Positions 1 through 9,278 of a stretch of 22,733 nucleotides of DNA are shown here, piece after piece. Under the pieces are notes generated by a model that was not told where the DNA came from, made no database searches, and saw nothing but the letters and a program-made list of their open reading frames with translations. Made by a program: the position numbers and the translations under genes. The DNA is from an uncultured Deinococcales bacterium (GTDB lineage Bacteria; Deinococcota; Deinococci; Deinococcales; JAAFIG01): the NCBI GenBank assembly GCA_964247135.1, contig CAXTTL010000056.1, positions 1 through 22,733 of the forward strand, read 5' to 3'. Positions within the stretch are counted from its first letter, which is position 1, and every line of letters begins with the position of its first letter.

Positions 1-277
1 TTTTCTGGGCGAAGGCAGGGCTTGAAAAGCAGAGCAATGCCAAAAAAAACAGGATGAATCTCGAGAAACCATGATTGGGATTTTGCTTTGGGCTGGTGGG
101 CGGCAAGGGCAGGGCGCAGCTTCTTGATCCCAAAACGCACCTTCGGGCGGGATCGCTAGCAGCGTCCCTACATTCAACCGAAACAATTTCAGGAGCGACA
201 CGATTTAAGCCATTGTTCTCACGCGTTTGGGGTTTCTCGAGCATCATGTTGTGATGGTTTTGTTCGGTCAACTTCAT
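1..277 (-). CDS. Partial (runs off the window) exported protein downstream of lptF/G; possibly LptD/OstA-like
   Basis: Manual translation gives an open frame from ATG at 277 (3 nt after the upstream stop): MKLTEQNHH...GFSRFILFFLALLCFSSPAFAQK, ending in a signal-peptide-like segment with an AFA cleavage motif. The true start may be further downstream. The product is guessed from context only. Confidence 0.5.
   Translation of the reverse strand, partial: MKLTEQNHHNMMLEKPQTRENNGLNRVAPEIVSVECRDAASDPARRCVLGSRSCALPLPPTSPKQNPNHGFSRFILFFLALLCFSSPAFAQK
109..171. repeat. REP-like nested imperfect inverted repeat
   Basis: GCAGGGCGCAGCT (109-121) pairs with AGCAGCGTCCCTAC (158-171), GATCCC (126-131) pairs with GGGATC (149-154), and there is an inner C-TTCG-G loop. 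The minus strand begins GTAGGGAC. Confidence 0.5.
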
Positions 278-280
278 GCG

Positions 281-1435
281 TTAACGTCGCCGTGCCATTG
301 CGAGAAGGGCGACACCCGCTCCGGCGTAAAGCAGGTCGGGCGTCCAGGCGGCGAGCACGGCGGGAATCGCGCCGCTTTCGCCCATGACGTTAAAAACCGT
401 CCAGGTGGCGTAATAGAAAAATGTTAAAAACATCACGCCAACAAAGCCCAGGCTTTGATTGCTGCGCAGCGTGTAAAGCGACAAGGCAATGCCGAACAGG
501 GCAAACGCCACCGACGCGAGCGGTTTGGCAAATTTTTGGTTTAAGGCGGTCAGCTCGCCGTTGGTCCTAAACCCCTGGCTTTGATAACTTTTGATGCGCT
601 CGAGTAGCGTCGGCAAGGGCAGGTCAATCGGTTTTTGTGACAAATTCGCGCCCTGCTGCAAATCCTTGATTGGAATGACCGCCCTGGCAAAATGGGCAAT
701 CGTGACTGGGCGGGCGTCGCCGGAACGGTAGGTGATTCTCGAGCCGTTGGTCAGTTCGATTGCGCCCTCGTCAGGTAAAATCTTGCCGTTTGGGGCTTTC
801 ATGATTGACAGCGGCACTTGCCCTTCGGAGCCTTGCATGATTGTAATGTTCTCGAGGATTCCGCCGGCTTTCAAGCCGCCGTCGGGAATGTAAATCACTT
901 GATTTTGCGCGTCCTTAAAAAATTGCCCCCCGGTGAATGCGACCCTGGGGTTTGAGATGATGATGTCGCGCAAAACTCGGCTGGCGTTTTCGATGCCTCT
1001 GGGTTGCAGGGTTTCGGCGTTGATGAACGCCAGAAGCGCCACCACCGCACCAATCACCAGCACCGGCATGGTCAAGCGCGTCGGGGAGATGCCCGCCACC
1101 ACGGCGGCTTTGAGTTCCGAATCTTGGGTTAGCCTCGAAAGGCTCATGAGCACCGCAAACAACAGCGCTATCGGCAAGCCGAGCGAAAGCATCTCGGGCA
1201 ACCTGAACGCCAGATATTGTGCCACCAACAACGGGTTTGCGCCTTTGGCAAGAAACGCCCCGATGCGTTCAAACAATGCGCCCATCACCAGCGTCACAAT
1301 CACGATCAGCAAACCGCCAGCCAGCATCGGCAAGACCTCACCGACAATGTACATGTCGAGCAAGGTGATTCTGGGACGGGTACGCTCGAGTTTGGCAGGT
1401 GGCACGGTGGGTGTGCTGATGTGGGGCGTGTTCAT
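281..1435 (-). CDS. LptF/LptG family LPS export permease
   Basis: LDMYIVGEVL start, 3 TM segments, SRLTQDSELKA..AGISP motif, soluble middle domain, then 3 C-terminal TMs and AAWTPDLL. The ATG at 1435 overlaps the upstream stop (ATGA). Confidence 0.9.
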   Translation of the reverse strand: MNTPHISTPTVPPAKLERTRPRITLLDMYIVGEVLPMLAGGLLIVIVTLVMGALFERIGAFLAKGANPLLVAQYLAFRLPEMLSLGLPIALLFAVLMSLSRLTQDSELKAAVVAGISPTRLTMPVLVIGAVVALLAFINAETLQPRGIENASRVLRDIIISNPRVAFTGGQFFKDAQNQVIYIPDGGLKAGGILENITIMQGSEGQVPLSIMKAPNGKILPDEGAIELTNGSRITYRSGDARPVTIAHFARAVIPIKDLQQGANLSQKPIDLPLPTLLERIKSYQSQGFRTNGELTALNQKFAKPLASVAFALFGIALSLYTLRSNQSLGFVGVMFLTFFYYATWTVFNVMGESGAIPAVLAAWTPDLLYAGAGVALLAMARRR

Positions 1436-2493
1436 AGCAGCCTCCGCAAACCAAAGAGTGCGCCGATGCCAAAGATGGCGCTGGGCAACCAAGCCGCCAA
1501 CGGCGCGGCAATGGCTTGAGCCGAGGCGAGGTTAAAACCAATCTGCCACAAGCCCCAGTACACGGCAATCAAACCAATCGTTCCCGCAAAGCCCCAGGCG
1601 CGGTTGGAAATGGTCAAACCCAACGCCCCGCCGACAATTGCCATCAGCATGGCGGCAAGTGGATCGGAAAATCGCCTGTGAAGCTTAAATTGCGCATCGT
1701 AACGTTCGGACTGTGACAAGACTTTACTCGAGGCTCGAGCCATCAAATCTGGCAGCGGCAGGGCTTCGGGGGGTATCAGGTCGGGTTCGACGGGCAAGGT
1801 GAATGGGAAAACGCGGCGCACTTCGGGGTCGCTGACCGCCTGGGTTTCGGTATCGGTGGTGTGATAGACGTTGTACAACTCCCAGGTTTTGGCGTTCGCA
1901 TCCCAACGCCCTCGGGTGGCGGTGTAAATGCCCTCGGGCGTGGTGATCATCACCCCCGAAAGTTCGGCGAGTTGCTTGTTGTCCTTGTCTGGCAGAATTG
2001 AACCCGCATGATACAGAATGCTTTCGTCTTCGGAGGCATAGGATTTAAGCGCCTGAACCCTCGGCGGCTCTGAATGCCAAATCGCGTAATACGAGGTTTT
2101 AAAGCGCTGATCGGCAACCGGACGCCAGATGTTCTCGTTGACCCAGCTAAAACCCGTTGCCAGCAGACCCACGAATAAAATTGGGGCGAGCAAGGTGATT
2201 GGACGCACGCCGCTCGAGTAAACTGCTTTGAGTTCCGAATCTTTGGCGAGCCGTCCCAAACCGACCAGCACCGCAAACGCCAGACTGGGCGCAATCATGT
2301 ATGACAAAAAGAACGGCATTCTGTCTAAGAGTGCCCGAAACATGACATCGATTGAAGTGTGATAATTAATAAAAGACGCCGCCAGAAACGCGAAAAAGTC
2401 GATCATCAGCAGCATCAAAATTGTGACCAATCCGACCAAGTACAGTGGGACAAATTCGCGCAGAAGGTAGAAGGGAAGTCGGCGGGCTAACAT
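1432..2493 (-). CDS. LptF/LptG family LPS export permease
   Basis: YLLREF start, GRLAKDSELKAVYSSGV motif and AAWLP C-terminal motif; tandem with its paralogue. Confidence 0.9.
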   Translation of the reverse strand: MLARRLPFYLLREFVPLYLVGLVTILMLLMIDFFAFLAASFINYHTSIDVMFRALLDRMPFFLSYMIAPSLAFAVLVGLGRLAKDSELKAVYSSGVRPITLLAPILFVGLLATGFSWVNENIWRPVADQRFKTSYYAIWHSEPPRVQALKSYASEDESILYHAGSILPDKDNKQLAELSGVMITTPEGIYTATRGRWDANAKTWELYNVYHTTDTETQAVSDPEVRRVFPFTLPVEPDLIPPEALPLPDLMARASSKVLSQSERYDAQFKLHRRFSDPLAAMLMAIVGGALGLTISNRAWGFAGTIGLIAVYWGLWQIGFNLASAQAIAAPLAAWLPSAIFGIGALFGLRRLL

Positions 2494-2683
2494 GAGACTT
2501 TAAGCCTAACCAGCAACCATGAGAGGCACGCAAGGATTGAACCCAAAGCCATGAATTACAGTTGATACTTTGGCAGCTCGAGTAACCACTTTCAGAATCA
2601 AAAGTTTTACATGTGCAAGTGAATCTATCGCTCGAGATTCAAAACTTGAACCCCAGCGTAAATTTGATGCTCGAGATTTTACC

Positions 2684-3223
2684 CTAACGTGCGCCGAGCC
2701 AAGCGCCAGGGGATTGATCGGGTAATTTCTCGCTCTCGGTTTTTTGGGCGAAGATTTTAAACCCTCGAGCTTGATAATTTGGCAGCGCTTGCGAACCGTC
2801 CAAACTGCAAGTATGCACCCAAACTCGAGTTGGCTTGAGTTCCCAAGCCCTGGCAATACAGCGCGAAAGCAGCACGCCGCCGATGCCCAGACCGACAAAT
2901 TTGGGAATCAAACCAAAAATCGAAATCTCGACGCTGTCGCCTTGCCGCTCGAGTTCAAAATAACCCGCCACCGTGCCGGAAAGGTACGCCAGCCAAGTCT
3001 CGAGTTCGGGACGCTCGAGCCAGGTCTGCCACTGGGCATACGTCCATGACAGCCGATCAATCCAAAAGTAATCGCCGCCAACCGCCGTGTACAAAAAGCG
3101 GTTCAGTTCGGGCAAGGGTATTTCGGCGCGTTTGATCTCGAGGTTGGGAATGTGGCGAGATGATGGTTTGAACTCGCTTTGGTCGCGCATCTCGAGTGAA
3201 GTTGTGGTGACATTAACAAGCAT
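2684..3223 (-). CDS. GNAT family N-acetyltransferase
   Basis: FGLIPKFVGLGIGGVLL acetyl-CoA binding motif A and VWVHTCSLD..ALPNYQARGF motif B. Confidence 0.9.
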   Translation of the reverse strand: MLVNVTTTSLEMRDQSEFKPSSRHIPNLEIKRAEIPLPELNRFLYTAVGGDYFWIDRLSWTYAQWQTWLERPELETWLAYLSGTVAGYFELERQGDSVEISIFGLIPKFVGLGIGGVLLSRCIARAWELKPTRVWVHTCSLDGSQALPNYQARGFKIFAQKTESEKLPDQSPGAWLGAR

Positions 3224-3431
3224 GAAGAGCAGTTTAACGCGATTTGAGATTGCCCCAAGCAGTTTTGGATCGATGATGCTGTTTTTTACGGAAAATATTC
3301 GTGGATAAACCTTGGCACGATATTTAGTTTTTGACGAAATACGATACGTTGGTTATGCTGAAACTCGAGGCGAAAAGACGGACCAATGTTGGATTGTCTT
3401 AAGAACGAAATTTACCCTCAAGGAACAACCA

Positions 3432-3932
3432 ATGAACATTTCCCAAACCTACGATTACCTTGTTCGCGCACGTCGGGATTTGTGGAGCAGGCTCGAATCG
3501 GTACCCGATGAGGTTTTATCGCGCCCGCTGCTGAAAGGCGAACGATTTCGCTGCATCAAAGACCTGGTGTTTCACACGGCGGCGGTCGAGGACGGCTGGA
3601 TTCATTACACCATTTTGTGCGACGAGCCTGTCGAACATTCGTTTCCCGTCTTAAAAGGCACCCAGGACGCCTCGAGCATTGCGCTTGGGTTATTGCTGGA
3701 TTACTGGCGGGCTGTGGAGCAAAGCACCCTGACTTATCTTGGGGCGCTGACCGATGAAGATTTAAAACGGATTGTGGACGATTCGCCAACTGAACGTTAT
3801 GCGCTCGACGGTCTACTATGGCACATCATGATTCACGAAATACGGCACACCGCCCAGATTGCCGCGCTGCTGCGTACCCAGGGCATCAAGCCGCCGTCGC
3901 TTGACCTGCTGTTTTACTTGCCGACCCATTAA
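3432..3932 (+). CDS. DinB family protein
   Basis: IKDLVFHTAAVEDGW and WHIMIHEIRHTAQI supply the His triad. AAGGA RBS lies upstream of ATG 3432. Confidence 0.9.
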   Translation: MNISQTYDYLVRARRDLWSRLESVPDEVLSRPLLKGERFRCIKDLVFHTAAVEDGWIHYTILCDEPVEHSFPVLKGTQDASSIALGLLLDYWRAVEQSTLTYLGALTDEDLKRIVDDSPTERYALDGLLWHIMIHEIRHTAQIAALLRTQGIKPPSLDLLFYLPTH

Positions 3933-4057
3933 AGATTTCTCGAGAATATCTTCCCTCAGCCAAACTCAGACGGCTTTAAAGATTGCTGCTCGAGTCCTAT
4001 CATGGCATTGGGGTTTGAAGCATTTTGCGTCTGAGGATTTGCGTCGTAAAATAAACC

Positions 4058-4537
4058 ATGCAATTTGAAGGCAGTCCCAACATTAGCAATGAAACCGTCG
4101 AACAGTATTTTGGCGAGTACGGTTGGACCTTTGAAACCCTACAAGATGGCGTCTGGCGCACGGGTTTTCGCGGCGAGAACGGTTTTTTCACGATTTTTAT
4201 TCGCCTCACCGACGCCTGGTTGTACATGACCATCAGCCCCTTTGTGCCCGCCCCAACCGACGAAACCTGCAAAATCCAGGCTTTTGAAGCCATGCTGCAC
4301 TTCAACCGCGACATGAATTTGGCAAAATTCGTGCTCGACGAGGACGAGGACATCACCTTAACGGTTGAATTGCCGATTGCCGCGCTCTTGTACCCCGTGT
4401 TTGCCGAAGGCTTAACCGCCCTGGCATATTACGCCGACGATGTTCACGACGAAATGCTCGAGATCAGTACCGACAGGACAGCCATCTCGAGGTTTAAGGG
4501 TTTGGGTGGTGTGGTCGGCAAAACCATTCGCGCATAA
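4058..4537 (+). CDS. YbjN-like / T3SS-chaperone-fold protein
   Basis: 159 aa acidic protein with MLHFNRDMNLAKFVLDEDEDITLTVELP, a pattern typical of the YbjN family. Confidence 0.7.
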   Translation: MQFEGSPNISNETVEQYFGEYGWTFETLQDGVWRTGFRGENGFFTIFIRLTDAWLYMTISPFVPAPTDETCKIQAFEAMLHFNRDMNLAKFVLDEDEDITLTVELPIAALLYPVFAEGLTALAYYADDVHDEMLEISTDRTAISRFKGLGGVVGKTIRA

Positions 4538-4540
4538 GTT
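4531..4540 (+). repeat. Left direct repeat CGCATAAGTT flanking the ATPase/TOPRIM cassette
   Basis: Identical 10-mer at 6401-6410; AAACC also recurs 10 nt upstream of both copies. Confidence 0.6.
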
Positions 4541-4588
4541 CGATTTGCCTGTGAAGTTCAACTGAATGTTTTGTATTAGACTGCTGTC

Positions 4589-5815
4589 ATGCCCAGTCAT
4601 ATCCCATCCAACTCGTCAAGCGTATTTTTGCGGCGGGTTGAAATGAAAAACTATAAAAGTATTGGCTCGTGTGATGTTCGTTTGTCACAACCCTTGACCA
4701 TATTGGTTGGACCAAATGGGGCAGGGAAAAGCAATTTTCTTGACGGTCTTCGCTTCATTTCAGATGCGCTTGAAAGTGGATTAGACAATGCCCTTCAGGT
4801 GCGTGGCGGCATCAATGAAGTGCGTCGTCGTACAGGAGGACATCCCACTCACTTTTCAATTCGACTGGAGTTTGCCGTGCCAAATGGTGATGCCTTTTTT
4901 AGTTTTCGAGTTGGAGCACAACAAGGGGGTGGGTATACCATCCAAAAAGAGGAATGCCATATTTCTACGCGTGATCAGCCTCCCAAAGAGCATTTTTATG
5001 CTGTTGAAAATGGTTTTGTTCAAAAAAGCTCAATCAAAACACCACCTGTTGCTCTTAATGACCGTTTTTATCTGGTCAATATATCCGGTTTTCCTGAATT
5101 TCGTGCTGTCTATGATGCACTGTTGGGAATGAGATTTCATAATTTCAATCCAGAATTGATTAAAACACCACAAAGACCGAATCCAAAGGATTATCTCGAG
5201 CGAGATGGACATAATGTTGCAAGTGTTCTAGGCAATCTCGAGAAAAATTCTGAAGAAACGTTACAAAAAATATGGGAATTTTTAGAAAAAGTTGTACCTG
5301 GTGTTAAACGTGTTGAAAGGAAAGTCCATGGAAGTTACGAAGAACTTATATTTCGGCAATATGTTGCAGGACAAAAAGACCTTTGGCGATTTCCTGCAAT
5401 AAATATGTCCGACGGTACATTGCGAGTTCTAGGGATTTTAGTAGCATTATTTCAAGCTGCGGGCAGTAGTAAACCAGTGCCCTTGGTTGGAATTGAAGAA
5501 CCCGAAACTGCACTCAACCCTGGCGCAGCAGGTATTTTGCTTGATTCTTTGCGTGCTGCCAGCCAGAGTACCCAAGTTCTTGTTACGAGCCATAGTCCAG
5601 ACCTATTGGATGATAAAAATATTCATCCGGATTCAATTCTTGCTGTTATTGCCCACGAAGGGAATACACAAATTGGCGCAATAGATCAAGTTGGTCGGAC
5701 TGCCTTAAAAGATCATTTGTATACTGTTGGAGAACTGTTGCGTCAAGATATGATACGACCGATCATTCCTAAAAAACGTCAAATCACCCAAACGCAACAA
5801 TTATTTGAGGCGTGA
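4589..5815 (+). CDS. ABC/SMC-like AAA family ATPase (AAA_15/AAA_21 type)
   Basis: MKNYKSI N-terminus, Walker A GPNGAGKS, signature MSDGT, Walker B IEEPE and H-loop TSHS. Confidence 0.9.
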   Translation: MPSHIPSNSSSVFLRRVEMKNYKSIGSCDVRLSQPLTILVGPNGAGKSNFLDGLRFISDALESGLDNALQVRGGINEVRRRTGGHPTHFSIRLEFAVPNGDAFFSFRVGAQQGGGYTIQKEECHISTRDQPPKEHFYAVENGFVQKSSIKTPPVALNDRFYLVNISGFPEFRAVYDALLGMRFHNFNPELIKTPQRPNPKDYLERDGHNVASVLGNLEKNSEETLQKIWEFLEKVVPGVKRVERKVHGSYEELIFRQYVAGQKDLWRFPAINMSDGTLRVLGILVALFQAAGSSKPVPLVGIEEPETALNPGAAGILLDSLRAASQSTQVLVTSHSPDLLDDKNIHPDSILAVIAHEGNTQIGAIDQVGRTALKDHLYTVGELLRQDMIRPIIPKKRQITQTQQLFEA

Positions 5816-5819
5816 TTCG

Positions 5820-6407
5820 ATGTCCATGATTATTTCTGTGGTAGAAGGGTATGGTGAAGTAACAACTGTTCCTATATTGTTACGACGCATTGCAACCAGA
5901 CTGGAAATCCACAATTTCAAATTTCCCAAAGCCATGCGGATAACCAAGGGACGCTTAGTAAAGGATGAACTTGCACGTATTTTGAATCTAGCAAGTATTG
6001 AATTCCAAGCAGAAGGAATGAGTGGGGGAGTCCTGATCGTTCTTGATGCGGATGACGATTGTCCAGCAGATTTAGGAGTTCTTCTCCGTCAGAAAGCCCA
6101 AGAAGCTCGACCCGATATTCCTGTAGTAATTGCTGTTGCAAACAGAGAATTTGAAGCTTGGTATTTGGCTGGAATCCAGTCGTTGCAGGGAAAACATGGC
6201 TTACCTGATTTAATCACTCCACCAACGAACCCAGAAAACATTCGGAATGCCAAGGGTTGGTTGGGTCAACAAATGGGCAGTTACAGTCCAACAATTCATC
6301 AAGAAAAATTTGCTGCTGTACTTGATTTACAACTCGCTCGTCAATCTCAATCTTTTGCTCGATTTTATGATCGAGTGAGTCAACTGTTTCAAACCCTAAA
6401 CGCATAA
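5820..6407 (+). CDS. DUF4276-like TOPRIM-fold putative nuclease
   Basis: VVEGYGE and LDADDD TOPRIM-like acidic motifs and REFEAWYLA. It starts 4 nt after the ATPase stop, with a GAGG RBS. Confidence 0.75.
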   Translation: MSMIISVVEGYGEVTTVPILLRRIATRLEIHNFKFPKAMRITKGRLVKDELARILNLASIEFQAEGMSGGVLIVLDADDDCPADLGVLLRQKAQEARPDIPVVIAVANREFEAWYLAGIQSLQGKHGLPDLITPPTNPENIRNAKGWLGQQMGSYSPTIHQEKFAAVLDLQLARQSQSFARFYDRVSQLFQTLNA

Positions 6408-6410
6408 GTT
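6401..6410 (+). repeat. Right direct repeat CGCATAAGTT
   Basis: Identical to 4531-4540; both copies contain the TAA stop codon of the preceding gene. Confidence 0.6.
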
Positions 6411-6418
6411 TTATCGCG

Positions 6419-7789
6419 CTAAGCCGTCTGTAACGCAATTTGCACACTCGTCCCACGCCCAAGCCAACTCGAGGCTCGAATTGCGCCGCCATGCAATTCG
6501 ACGATGCTTTTGGCTATCGCCAAACCCAAACCCGTGCCGCCGTATTCGGCGCTGCGGTGCTGGTCGGCGCGGTAAAAACGTTCGAAAATGTACGGCAGTT
6601 GATCTTGCGCAATGCCAACACCCGTGTCGTTGACCTCGAGTAACAATTGTTGCTCGAGATAACTGGCGCTGATGGTCACGCTGCCGCCGTTTGGGGTGTG
6701 ACGAAGCGCATTGCTGATGATGTTGCCCAGCACCAAACGCATTCGTTCAAAATCGGCTTCAATCTCTGGCAGGTGCGCTGGATACTCGAGCTTGAGGCTG
6801 ATACCTTTGGAGTTGGCGTCGTTGATAAAGGCGTTGCGGCTGGCTTCGAGCAATTGCGCGGGTTGAAGTTTGTTTTTTGAAAGGCGCAACTCTCCAGCGT
6901 CGGCAAGGGAAAGCAATCGCAAGTCTTCGATCAAATTCCTGAGCAGTTTTAATTCGTCCTGCATGGTTTCCAAACGCTCTGGGGTGGCTTGCAGTTTGCC
7001 GCTTTGGATACTTTGCACATACCCCGAAACCACGGTCAGCGGTGTGCCAAGGTCATGGGCAATGTCGGCGGTCAGTTGCTTGCGTTGTTTGTCGGCTTGC
7101 TCGAGTTTTAAACTCATCTGATTGAACGCCGTTGCCAGCACACCGAGTTCGTCCTGCGTCTCGAGTTTGACCTGATGCCCAAGTTGCCCGTTCGTCAAGG
7201 CTCGAGTGCCGTCGGTCAACACTTTTAAGGGTTTGGTCAGGATGCGTGACACCAGCACGCCAATCAGGCTGGCGCTGGCGAGGGCGACAATGGCGGTCAA
7301 CCAGACTGTAAATTGCAAACCCTTTTGAAAAGAGATTTGATACACTGTTAAACTGCTCTCAGAAGGCGTTTCGATCACCCAACCGACCACCCGTCCACTC
7401 ACCATGACAGGACTTTTGGTGTAAAGATTGATATTGATGGTTTCTCGAGGTTTGAACGGTTTGCCAGCCACGATCACAGTGCCGTTCGGGTCGGTCAACG
7501 AAAAGGGCGTGTCGCCGCGAGGAGGCATTGGGGCAGCTCGAGGTTGCCGATCTTGTTCGGGCAACGGTGCTCCCTGACGGGGGATGTCATTTTCCAAGCC
7601 ATCCCAAGAACCCGTTCTGGCGTAATGGTCTGTCACCAACTTTAAAAATCCGCTCGAGCGTTGCTGATACACTGCCTGATTAAAGGCGTTTGTGCTGAGC
7701 GTCTGTCCAAGCCAAAGCGTGGTCAGCAAGCCCAGCAAACTGACCAGCACCATTGCCGCCGTCAACTTCCAACCTAAACTTTGCCTCAT
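6419..7789 (-). CDS. BaeS-like sensor histidine kinase (TM-sensor-TM-HAMP-HisKA-HATPase)
   Basis: Two TMs, HAMP (DELGVLATAFNQM), H-box AHDLGTP, N-box NIISNALRH, DTGVGI, FERFYR and GTGLGL. Confidence 0.95.
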   Translation of the reverse strand: MRQSLGWKLTAAMVLVSLLGLLTTLWLGQTLSTNAFNQAVYQQRSSGFLKLVTDHYARTGSWDGLENDIPRQGAPLPEQDRQPRAAPMPPRGDTPFSLTDPNGTVIVAGKPFKPRETININLYTKSPVMVSGRVVGWVIETPSESSLTVYQISFQKGLQFTVWLTAIVALASASLIGVLVSRILTKPLKVLTDGTRALTNGQLGHQVKLETQDELGVLATAFNQMSLKLEQADKQRKQLTADIAHDLGTPLTVVSGYVQSIQSGKLQATPERLETMQDELKLLRNLIEDLRLLSLADAGELRLSKNKLQPAQLLEASRNAFINDANSKGISLKLEYPAHLPEIEADFERMRLVLGNIISNALRHTPNGGSVTISASYLEQQLLLEVNDTGVGIAQDQLPYIFERFYRADQHRSAEYGGTGLGLAIAKSIVELHGGAIRASSWLGRGTSVQIALQTA

Positions 7790-8463
7790 GCTGTCCTCAA
7801 ACGATAACCGATGCCAAACACCGTCTCGAGCAGCACGGGATTGCTCGGGTCAAGCTCGAGTTTTAGACGCAACTTGCGGATGTGAACGTCCACGGTGCGC
7901 TCAAAACTGTCCAAACCGCCCTCGAGTGCGAGCAGCAAGTCTTCGCGGCTGAAGACTTTGTTGGGCGATTGCATCAAACGCGTGATGATCGCGTACTCGG
8001 CGGGCGTCAAGCTGACCGCCTCACCGTTTCGGCGCAGCAAGTATTCGTCGGTATATAACTCGAGTTCGCCGACCCGCAAGACGCTCGGGCTTTTTTGCAA
8101 CGGTTCGCTGCGGCGCAACACGGCTTTGATTCGCGCAGAGAGTTCCTCGAGGTCAAAAGGTTTGGTGATGTAATCGTCTGCACCCAGCCCAAAACCTTCT
8201 AACCGATCATCTTTTTCGTGCTTGGCGGTCAGTAAAATCACGGGCGTTTGCGCCTCTCGCCTGAAGGTTTTTAAGAACGTGTAACCGTCCATTGTCGGCA
8301 TCATGACATCGAGCAAAATCAAATCTGGCTTTTCGTGGCGAGCCGTGTATAGCGCATTCAAACCGTTGTCGGCGATACAAACCCTGTAACCGTCCGCGCT
8401 CAAATATTCTTGCAGCATCCGCGTTAAACTCGCTTTGTCATCGATCACCAAAATGCTTTTCAT
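7786..8463 (-). CDS. OmpR/PhoB family response regulator
   Basis: Receiver (VIDD, LLDVMMP, KPF) and winged helix (RTVDVHIRKLR, TVFGIGY); overlaps the kinase start (ATGA). Confidence 0.95.
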   Translation of the reverse strand: MKSILVIDDKASLTRMLQEYLSADGYRVCIADNGLNALYTARHEKPDLILLDVMMPTMDGYTFLKTFRREAQTPVILLTAKHEKDDRLEGFGLGADDYITKPFDLEELSARIKAVLRRSEPLQKSPSVLRVGELELYTDEYLLRRNGEAVSLTPAEYAIITRLMQSPNKVFSREDLLLALEGGLDSFERTVDVHIRKLRLKLELDPSNPVLLETVFGIGYRLRTA

Positions 8464-9263
8464 ATCGGATGCACTTTTCCTGAAAGCACGGTCACACTGA
8501 TCGCGTTGTTAAAGTTTCGCAAGACCGTCATGCTGCGGGTAAATTCGGAATCGGATTCAAACTCGAGATTGTCAAATAAACCGTTCAAGTGCTGCGTAAA
8601 TTTCACGCGAATTGGGTCAGCACTGATGCCAACATGAACCACGCCACTCGAGTTAAACAACTTGTGAACGTCACCAAAGGCATTCTCGCTCGAGATTGAA
8701 AATGATTTTTTGATGCCATTTTTAGAAAAAGTGCCGCGCAAAAAAAGACTCTTTCCAAGTATGTTCACATTCAAATTTTTGCTGTGCGGCGTCGCTCGGG
8801 TTGCCACAAAATACCCCTGGCAGTAATTGGGTTCGTGCACGACTACCGCCTTAAAACCGGTGGCTCGAGGCTCGAGCAAGTTCTGGATTGTATTGGCTTG
8901 CAACGCCGCAGGGTCTTGCCCTTGGGTGTGACCCGCCAACGCGACGCCAGACACCACCTCTAGCCCCGCCAGCAGCGACTCGAGCCACGAATGGGTGTGC
9001 GGGCAGGACATCAACTGCAAGCCGTAAGCGTTGATCAAACCCTGCTCGAGCCTCACGCTGTAACCAAGATTGGTCTGAAATACCAAAGCCTTGCCATCAC
9101 GTTTTACGCCAGAAGTGTCCCACGCCAGCAAATAGTTTATTGCTCCACTCGAGATGGTTTTTGGACGCAAGAACTTATACGCGCCCAAAGCCACGGCTGG
9201 CACGAAATAGACCAGCACCAAAGCGAGCAAGATTTTTTTGATGACACGCGATTTTGGAGTCAT
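8460..9263 (-). CDS. Hypothetical membrane-anchored protein with Cys/His motifs
   Basis: N-terminal hydrophobic helix, SCPHTH, LAGHT and NYCQG; ATGA coupling to the response regulator. Confidence 0.75.
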   Translation of the reverse strand: MTPKSRVIKKILLALVLVYFVPAVALGAYKFLRPKTISSGAINYLLAWDTSGVKRDGKALVFQTNLGYSVRLEQGLINAYGLQLMSCPHTHSWLESLLAGLEVVSGVALAGHTQGQDPAALQANTIQNLLEPRATGFKAVVVHEPNYCQGYFVATRATPHSKNLNVNILGKSLFLRGTFSKNGIKKSFSISSENAFGDVHKLFNSSGVVHVGISADPIRVKFTQHLNGLFDNLEFESDSEFTRSMTVLRNFNNAISVTVLSGKVHPI

Positions 9264-9278
9264 GGTTCCCTCAAAAAT

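Noticed and set aside
2506-2898. 130-aa minus-strand ORF spanning the GNAT-lptF/G gap
   Set aside because: It overlaps GNAT out of frame and has no motif or RBS, so it is probably spurious.
3312-3431. Upstream extension of DinB, or a radiation-response operator in this spacer
   Set aside because: The RBS supports ATG 3432, and I could not identify a convincing palindromic operator.
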